Source: an uncultured Candidatus Rokubacteria bacterium (GTDB lineage Bacteria > Methylomirabilota > Methylomirabilia > Rokubacteriales > CSP1-6). Taken from it: 64,000 nt of DNA. Under the pieces are notes generated by a model that ran no database searches, was not told where the DNA came from, and worked only from the letters and a program-made list of their open reading frames with translations. Location of the stretch: NCBI GenBank assembly GCA_963771355.1, contig CAVYTA010000006.1, positions 96,001 through 160,000 on the forward strand, in the 5' to 3' direction. A program made the position numbers and the translations under genes. This document shows positions 57,856 to 64,000 of the stretch, piece by piece; position 1 is the stretch's first letter, and every line of letters begins with the position of its first letter.

Positions 57856-59004
57856 TCACGTGCGATATAGCGCCTTGAGCCACGGCGGCGCCACGAACGT
57901 GGTGAGCATGACCACGACGATGAGCGCGGCGTAGAGGTCGTCGCCGATGACGCCGGCGGCGAGCCCGGCTCCGGCGAAGATGAGTCCAACTTCCCCGCGC
58001 GGCACCATGCCGACGCCGATCGGCCACCGACGTACGCCTCGCTGGTAGATCGCGAGCCCGGCCGCGAGCTTGGCGGCGATGGCAGCCGCGGTGAGCAGCA
58101 CCGCGATCCCGAGCTGCGCGTTCTCGGCGAAGGGGTTCAGCATCGCGGGCTGAACCTTCATCCCCACCGTCACGAAGAAGACCGGCACGAGCAGGTCGGC
58201 GACCGGCTTGATCCGCTCCTCGATGTGCTCGCGGCGCTCCGTGGTAGCCAGCACCAACCCTGCCGCGAATGCGCCAATGATGGTCGCCAGCCCCATCATG
58301 TCCGCGACGACGGCGAGCGCCACGGCGAAGACCATCGAAGAGACGAGCAGGGCGCCCCGCGCCCGCATCCTCGCGACCATCTTCACGAGCGTTGGCGCCA
58401 GGCGGATCCCGACCAGGATTGCGGCCACCAGGAATGCGATGGCCTTCGCGGACAAGAGGGCGACGGCGAAGATGGAGACGCCACCGGTTTGCGCTACCCC
58501 GGTCACGACGGCAAGGATCAGAAGACCGAGGATGTCGTCCACGACCGCCGCCCCGAGCACCACTTTTGCCGCCACGTCCTGAAGTCGGCCCAGGTCGGCG
58601 AGCACCCGGGCCGTGATACCCACGCTGGTCGCGGTGAGGGTGGCTCCAACGAACACCGCCACGAGCGGGGGGTGGCCGAGCCCGCGCATGATCCCGAACC
58701 CCACCGCGAAGGGCACCACCACGCCCACGAGCGCGACCAGCGCGGCCTGGATGCCCGCGCGAAGGAGATCGCCGAGGTCGGACTCGAGCCCCACCTCGAA
58801 CAGGAGGATGAGCACGCCCAGCTCGGCGAGGGCGTGAAGCGCCTCGGACTCGTGCACGAGGCCCAGGACGCCGGGGCCGATGATCACTCCAGCCAGCAGC
58901 TCGCCCAGGACCGCCGTCTGGCCGATCCGCTCCATGCCCTCGCCCGCCACCTTGGCGGCGAACCAGACGAGGACGAGCCCCAGCAGCATCTCGCGGAGTT
59001 CCAT
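57856..59004 (-). CDS. Cation:proton antiporter (CPA2/NapA-like)
   Basis: GELLAGVIIGP, LF.VGLE, ATSVGIT, VVDDILG, M.PRGEV. Confidence 0.93.
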   Translation of the reverse strand: MELREMLLGLVLVWFAAKVAGEGMERIGQTAVLGELLAGVIIGPGVLGLVHESEALHALAELGVLILLFEVGLESDLGDLLRAGIQAALVALVGVVVPFAVGFGIMRGLGHPPLVAVFVGATLTATSVGITARVLADLGRLQDVAAKVVLGAAVVDDILGLLILAVVTGVAQTGGVSIFAVALLSAKAIAFLVAAILVGIRLAPTLVKMVARMRARGALLVSSMVFAVALAVVADMMGLATIIGAFAAGLVLATTERREHIEERIKPVADLLVPVFFVTVGMKVQPAMLNPFAENAQLGIAVLLTAAAIAAKLAAGLAIYQRGVRRWPIGVGMVPRGEVGLIFAGAGLAAGVIGDDLYAALIVVVMLTTFVAPPWLKALYRT

Positions 59005-59028
59005 GACCTGACTATCGTCCTCGGCCGC

Positions 59029-59373
59029 TCACGAGCTCATACCCAGCGCTGCGCACCTGGTCCGGACGTCTGCCACCGATCCGCAATTCCTCACGTATTC
59101 GACGAACGCGCCGAGCGGTGTCGCCTCGACGCTGTCCGGCCGGACGTCCCGGGTGAGTCGGGTGAGGACGGCCCGACCTTCCTCGCCGTCGAGGTTGCAG
59201 GTGAAGATTCGATCGGAGCTGAGCCCCATGAACTTTACCGCCTCGATGGTCAGCATCCCTCCCTTGAAGCCCCCTTTCTCGTGATTGACCACGATCTTCT
59301 CGCCGCTGTCGAGCGTGATCTGACAGTATGCGCCGGCCCTGGGATCGGTGACGAACCGTCCGACTTTGGCCAT
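59029..59373 (-). CDS. Hypothetical protein (114 aa)
   Basis: GGAGG RBS before ATG; MAKVGRFVTDPRAGAYCQITLD...; globular composition. Confidence 0.65.
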   Translation of the reverse strand: MAKVGRFVTDPRAGAYCQITLDSGEKIVVNHEKGGFKGGMLTIEAVKFMGLSSDRIFTCNLDGEEGRAVLTRLTRDVRPDSVEATPLGAFVEYVRNCGSVADVRTRCAALGMSS

Positions 59374-59486
59374 GATGCCCTCCTCCCTCGTTGCCCTTCC
59401 CGATGGTGTCTCCTCGTTGGATGTCGCCGTTAGCACGCAAGCGTCCCGCGATGGGGCCGCCGACCATCTCGGAGGCGGAGGACGAT

Positions 59487-59804
59487 CTAGTGAGGATCTT
59501 CGGACGGCGAAGAGAGCGCGCAGACGGACCGGGGCAGGCACTGGGCCGCGGATCTCGCGAGACGGACGACATCGCTGAGGGGTGACAGCCGATGCCGGAG
59601 GTCGATGTGCGGCGAGGGGAGCACGAACGAGCCCGCGTTCAGGATTGGGAGTACCACGACCTCGACGACGAGCCGGCCGCGGACGACCCGGGTCCCCTCC
59701 GCCGAGTCATCGGCCTCGAACACGAACGCTCCCGGCATCGCGGGCAGCGAGAGGTCGAGCGTCAGATAGACGAGGATCGCCACGAGCAGCGCGCGCCGGT
59801 TCAC
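59487..59804 (-). CDS. Small hypothetical exported/membrane protein
   Basis: GTG start 7 nt after TAAGAT; RRALLVAILVYLTLDLSLPAMPGAFVFE..DS; ends SEDPH. Confidence 0.55.
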   Translation of the reverse strand: MNRRALLVAILVYLTLDLSLPAMPGAFVFEADDSAEGTRVVRGRLVVEVVVLPILNAGSFVLPSPHIDLRHRLSPLSDVVRLARSAAQCLPRSVCALSSPSEDPH

Positions 59805-59916
59805 GGGGCTGATCTTAACCTTCCGCCAAGCGCATGCAAAGCGGGGTGGGAGGATGCGGTATGATTCCTCCCGGCGATTTTGGAGTGTCCGCAGTGTCCC
59901 AGGGGAGGAGCGTCCG

Positions 59917-61584
59917 ATGAAGATCAAGGCGGCCAATGGGTTTGCGCGGATCCTCAAGGCGGAGGGGATTCCGTGGGTGAGCTGCTATCCCACCAACCAC
60001 GTGAACAATGCGCTCGGCGAGGAAGGCGTCCCCATCCTCATGATGGGGGAGGAGCGTTTCGCGGTGGCGGTGGCCGACGGGGTCTCGCGCGTGACCAACG
60101 GGAAGCAGATCGGCGTGTGCACCGTGATGGCCAATCTCAACGCGGCCGGCATCCAGATGGCCTACGGCGCCATCGCCCAGGCATGGGAGGACTCCTCCCC
60201 GCTGCTCGTGATCGCCGAGGGCGTCGGCGTCGGCGCCAGCCGCCACACGCACTACGACATGGCGGAGGCCTTTCGGTCCGTCACCAAGTGGGTGGGCAAG
60301 GTGGACCGCGCGGACCTCGTGCCGGACTACGCGCGGCGCGCCTTCACCCATCTCCGGTCGGGGCGGCCCGGGCCCGTGCTCCTCATCATCCCCCGCGATC
60401 TCGGCGAGTACGACGAGGCCGAGCACCCGTACTCCACCGTGAAGGGCTGGCGGTCCGGTCCCGATCCCGACGACGTGCGGTCCGCCGTCAAGGCGCTGCT
60501 CGCCGCCAAGGATCCGCTGCTCTACGTGGGCGAGGGCGTGCTCTACGCCGACGCCACCGCCGAGCTCCGGCAGTTCGCCGAGGCCGCCCAGGTGCCGGTG
60601 CTCACCACGCTGAAGGCCAAGGGCGCGTTCCCCGAGAATCACCCGCTGTCGGTGGGCGTGCGCGGGTCGCTCGCCGAGCACTTCCTCCGCAAGGCCGATC
60701 TCCTCTTCTCCGTGGGCTCCAGCCTCTTCCCCAACCGGTTCAGCCACGCCATCCCCGACGCGGAGCAGAAGGCCATCGTCCAGTGCACGGTGGACCTCCT
60801 GGACATCAACCGGAGCTACGAGACCCGCCACGCCGTGATCGGGGACGCGAAGCTGACGCTCCAGGCTCTCCTGGGCGAGCTCTCGGCCCGGATGGGCGGG
60901 GCGCGCAAGAAGCCGGAGCTGATCGAGGAGATCCGCAAGGGCAAGGCGGAGTTCCTCGCCAAGTTCCGTCCCCTCATGGAGTCGAACGAGACGCCGCTCA
61001 ACCCCTACCGTGTGTTCGGCGACCTCATGAAGGTGCTCGACCCCATGAACTCGTTCGTCACCGCGGATTCCGGCAACACGCGCGACCAGACGAGCACGGT
61101 GTACGAGGCGCAGATCCCGCGCGGCTATCTGGGCTGGGGCAATGTCTCGACGCTGGGCTTCAGCCTGGCGGGCGCGGTGGCGGCCAAGCTCGCCTATCCG
61201 AACCGCCAATGCGTCAACGTCACCGGGGACGCGGGCGTGTGCTACATGATGGGCAACTTCGAGGCGGTGGCGCGCTACAAGATCGGCATCACCACGATCC
61301 ATATCAATAACGGCGGGTACTCGGGATATGGCCCCGGCTTCTGGGGCGCCGGGCACGACCCCCATACCTGGCAGGTCTCCGACCACAACGCGGCCTGCAT
61401 GTCCTCCATGGCGCGGGCGGTGGGCTTTCACGGCGAGGACGTGAGCCAGCCGTCGGAGGTGGTCCCGGCGCTCCGGCGTGCCCTCGACGAGAATGCCAAG
61501 GGGCGGCCGGCCTTTCTCGAGTTTCTCTGCTCGCATCACCCCGTTCACGGCGGCTGGGTGCGTTCCGGCGCGGGCGGCCATTGA
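59917..61584 (+). CDS. Thiamine-diphosphate-dependent enzyme (acetolactate synthase superfamily)
   Basis: GGAGGAG RBS; EER.A...ADG, GRPGPV, TGDAG...NNGGY ThDP motif. Confidence 0.92.
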   Translation: MKIKAANGFARILKAEGIPWVSCYPTNHVNNALGEEGVPILMMGEERFAVAVADGVSRVTNGKQIGVCTVMANLNAAGIQMAYGAIAQAWEDSSPLLVIAEGVGVGASRHTHYDMAEAFRSVTKWVGKVDRADLVPDYARRAFTHLRSGRPGPVLLIIPRDLGEYDEAEHPYSTVKGWRSGPDPDDVRSAVKALLAAKDPLLYVGEGVLYADATAELRQFAEAAQVPVLTTLKAKGAFPENHPLSVGVRGSLAEHFLRKADLLFSVGSSLFPNRFSHAIPDAEQKAIVQCTVDLLDINRSYETRHAVIGDAKLTLQALLGELSARMGGARKKPELIEEIRKGKAEFLAKFRPLMESNETPLNPYRVFGDLMKVLDPMNSFVTADSGNTRDQTSTVYEAQIPRGYLGWGNVSTLGFSLAGAVAAKLAYPNRQCVNVTGDAGVCYMMGNFEAVARYKIGITTIHINNGGYSGYGPGFWGAGHDPHTWQVSDHNAACMSSMARAVGFHGEDVSQPSEVVPALRRALDENAKGRPAFLEFLCSHHPVHGGWVRSGAGGH

Positions 61585-62460
61585 TCGCGGTCACCCGGCT
61601 CGCCGCGGGCTTCGCGGCCCGGGTGGAGGGCGCCGATCTCACGCGCCCGCCTGGACGAGGCGACGTGGGGGGAGATCCGCGCTGCCTTCGAGGAGCACTC
61701 CGTGCTGGTCTTCCACGACCAGCCCCTGGACGACGAGTCGCAGATCGCCTTCAGCCGCCGCTTCGGCCCCCTCGAGGTGAGCGGGAGCGTCAATCCGGCG
61801 GCGGGCACTCATTTCGCGCGCCAGTCGAACCTGGACGTGAAGACCGGCGACCCGATCCCGGCGGAGGACCGCCGGATGGTCTATCAGCGCGCCAACATGC
61901 TGTGGCACACCGACTCCTCCTTCAAGACGGTGCCCTCACTGTGCTCGCTCCTCTCCGGGCGGATCGTGCCGCCCGAGGGCGGTGACACGGAGTTCGCGAG
62001 CACGCGCTGCGCCTACCCGAGCCTGCCGGAGGACCTGCGGCGGAAGGTCGAGGGGGCGGTCGCGGTGCACAGCTTCGCCTGGTCGCGCGATCAGGTGCAG
62101 CCCGGCTTTTTCACCGACACGGAGCGCGCGGAGTACCCGCCCGTCCGCCATCCGATGGTGCGCGTCAATCCCGTCAACGGGCGGAAGGCCCTCTTCCTGG
62201 GCGCGCATGCCTCCCACATCGAGGGGATGCCGCTGGAGGAGGGCCGCGCGCTCCTCGCGGCCATCCTGGAGCACGTGACGCAGCCCGAGTTCCGCTACCG
62301 TCACCGGTGGCGGGAAGGGGATCTCGTGATCTGGGACAATCGCTGCGTGCTCCACCGCGCGACGCCCTTCGACGCCGGCCGGCACCGGCGCCTCATGCAG
62401 CGGACCACGGTGGCCGGGGACGCCACCGAGGCGCGCCCCCTAGGTCAGATGCAAAGCTGA
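61581..62460 (+). CDS. TauD/TfdA family 2OG-Fe(II) dioxygenase, frameshifted near 61650
   Basis: MIAVTRL..GFAARVEGADLTRP / LDEATWGEIRAAFEEHSVLVF across a +1 shift; WHTDSSF, GGDTEFAS, WDNRCVLHRA. Confidence 0.9.
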
Positions 62461-63322
62461 CTAGCCGCGAGACTCCGGCGCGCAACACTCGGGAGAGCGC
62501 GGCCAGTGCGAAGAAACCCAAGCCCAGCAACTGAAAGGACCACGGCTGCGGGATCTGGGCGATGACCAGTTGCGGCTCGCCGTAGAAGAAGTCGTCCATC
62601 ACCACCAGGTCGATGGTCGGGGTCTCGTTGGGCCCCAGCGCCGCGGTGCCGGTGACGATCCGAATGGAGCCGATGAGCGGATCACCGGGATCAGTGGTGA
62701 TCCCGAAGAACGAGAACGTCTGGTCGCCCTGGAAGGCCGGCACGTCGAAAACGCCCAGGGAATTACCGTTGGTGTCGAAATATTCGATGGTCGTCGCGCC
62801 CGACACGTCCACGTCCGAGAAGACCGCCCCGAAGCCCCGCACCCCTGCCGCCACGGCACCGCCCGAGCCCGGGATCGAGAAGGACCCGTCTGTGACGTTG
62901 CTGCCCACGGGGGCGAACAGTCGGTTCGCGCTGAAGGGCGCGAAGAGATTGGCGTACGTCGCGTTGATCAGGTCGAGGCTCAGCAAGCCGCCCGTGACCG
63001 GAGCCTGGGTCAGCCCGGTGCCCGGCGTGGTGAAGGTGCCGCCCCGCGTGTTCTGAAAGACGATGAAGGGCGTTGCCGGAGCGGTGCCGTCGGTCGCGCC
63101 CCCGCCATCCCAGTTGATCTCGCGGCGGCCAGCCCCCAACGGGCCGGCGTCATTGGCGTTGTTAGGATCCCCGAGGGCCGCTCGATATGCGTCCACAGTG
63201 GCCTGGATCGCGAGCGCGTTCGCACCCGCGCCGCTGAACATACTGACCGCGCCAGCGTCGATCGGCGCCGCCAGGAGCGTTCCTGCCAGCGCCACCACGA
63301 TTGACCGCATTGTCACTGTCAT
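62393..63322 (-). CDS. PEP-CTERM-type sorting-domain protein (IPQP variant)
   Basis: GGGGAG RBS; signal peptide; RREINWDG..FGAVFSDVD..VMDDF.Y.EP domain; IPQPWSFQLLGLGFFALAALSR.LR tail; 3' end overlaps TauD. Confidence 0.78.
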   Translation of the reverse strand: MTVTMRSIVVALAGTLLAAPIDAGAVSMFSGAGANALAIQATVDAYRAALGDPNNANDAGPLGAGRREINWDGGGATDGTAPATPFIVFQNTRGGTFTTPGTGLTQAPVTGGLLSLDLINATYANLFAPFSANRLFAPVGSNVTDGSFSIPGSGGAVAAGVRGFGAVFSDVDVSGATTIEYFDTNGNSLGVFDVPAFQGDQTFSFFGITTDPGDPLIGSIRIVTGTAALGPNETPTIDLVVMDDFFYGEPQLVIAQIPQPWSFQLLGLGFFALAALSRVLRAGVSRLVSFASDLGGAPRWRPRPPWSAA

Positions 63323-63349
63323 GAATGCTCCCCCTGCCTGTTCGCTTAG

Positions 63350-63365
63350 TGCATGGGAAGTGCCG
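63350..63365 (-). promoter_or_regulatory. Sigma-54 promoter of the second PEP-CTERM-type gene
   Basis: CGGCACTTCCCATGCA = GG-N10-GC. Confidence 0.65.
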
Positions 63366-63429
63366 GGGCGAGCATGCGCCTGGAAAGATAGCGAATCCAT
63401 CGGGGCGAAGAGGTTGGGTCTTTAAGAAT

Positions 63430-63446
63430 CGTAAAGTTTTCCGACA
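63430..63446 (-). promoter_or_regulatory. Enhancer-like box upstream of the second PEP-CTERM gene
   Basis: TGTCGGAAAACTTTACG; shares GGAAAACTTTAC with 1861-1872 at a similar distance from the -24 GG. Confidence 0.65.
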
Positions 63447-63650
63447 ATGCGTCAGAGGATAATCTGCATAAGATAGCGTAATAGCTCATGTTCAGCGCTG
63501 TAGCCTGATGGTAATAAAACGTCCACTTTCTGGTAAAAGTTTACACTTCCGCGGGTAGATCGCTGGGCGATCGCAGGCCAATTCAGCAGGGGGCGGCTCG
63601 ACCGCGGTCCGGTTGGCCCGCGCGCGGCGGGAGGCTATACTGAGCCCGAC

Positions 63651-64000
63651 ATGGCCTACAACGCTTGGTTTTCCTGCATCAACGGCTGCCCCGGAGAGTA
63701 CGACCTCCGCGAGGTCATCTACCGCTGCCCCACGTGCGGGGACCTCCTCGAGGTCCAGCACGACATGGAGGCGCTCAAGTCGCGGTCCGCCGCGGCCTGG
63801 ATCCAGCTCTTCGACGACCGCTACCGGCGCAACGTCTACCCGTACGGCTCCGGCGTCTGGGGCAAGAAGGAGTGGGTGGTCCCCTTCCTCGACAACGAGA
63901 ATATCGTGTCGATGTACGAGGGCAGCTCCAACCTTCTCTGGGCCGACCGCTACGGCAAGGCGTTGCGCATCGACGACCTCTGGGTGAAGCAGTGCGGGAA
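63651..64000 (+). CDS. thrC: Threonine synthase, N-terminal part (absent from the ORF track; runs off the window)
   Basis: [63 protein letters not shown]. Confidence 0.9.
   Translation, partial: MAYNAWFSCINGCPGEYDLREVIYRCPTCGDLLEVQHDMEALKSRSAAAWIQLFDDRYRRNVYPYGSGVWGKKEWVVPFLDNENIVSMYEGSSNLLWADRYGKALRIDDLWVKQCG

Noticed and set aside
729..61581. Many long antisense or alternate-frame ORFs (e.g. 729..1799, 16359..17975, 25831..27456, 44340..46055, 48235..50004, 59815..61581)
   Set aside because: Shadows of real genes in high-GC DNA; Arg/Gly/Pro-rich with no recognisable motifs
1..64000. tRNA, rRNA, riboswitch, CRISPR array, prophage or defence system
   Set aside because: No cloverleaf, rRNA-like tract, regularly spaced repeat array or relevant protein motifs recognised by eye; an Infernal/Rfam scan is needed to exclude small RNAs

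Overview
High-GC bacterial chromosomal segment. Gene content and style suggest Candidatus Rokubacteria/Methylomirabilota, but this is an inference. It is a patchwork of accessory and metabolic genes: an RND pump, two PEP-CTERM-type surface proteins, IS481 remnants, two orphan histidine kinases, a CHAD-sixA-ppx-ppk1 polyphosphate operon, topoisomerase IB, a pqqABCDE cluster followed by a PQQ-dependent dehydrogenase and a di-heme cytochrome c, katE, LLM/SDR/ACAD-type oxidoreductases, two family-5 ABC binding proteins, an HpnN-like MMPL transporter, a ThDP enzyme plus TauD pair, and the start of thrC. No rRNA, tRNA or CRISPR array was seen. Four signals are missed by the ORF track. (1) A class-I flavin-disulfide oxidoreductase whose CxxxxC redox motif reads CVNWG-UGA and is followed by a SECIS-like hairpin, so it is probably a selenoprotein. 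(2) A 22-bp palindrome, CTATTGGAC-N4-GTCCAATAG, repeated upstream of that gene and several neighbours, in three cases at an identical 31.5-bp distance from a -10 box, suggesting a local regulon. (3) Five sigma-54-type promoters (both PEP-CTERM genes, topoisomerase IB, a DUF1344-like gene, katE); the two PEP-CTERM genes, about 61 kb apart, share upstream enhancer-like 12-mers. (4) An unannotated 32-aa PqqA. Several genes carry small frameshifts that look like sequencing indels.
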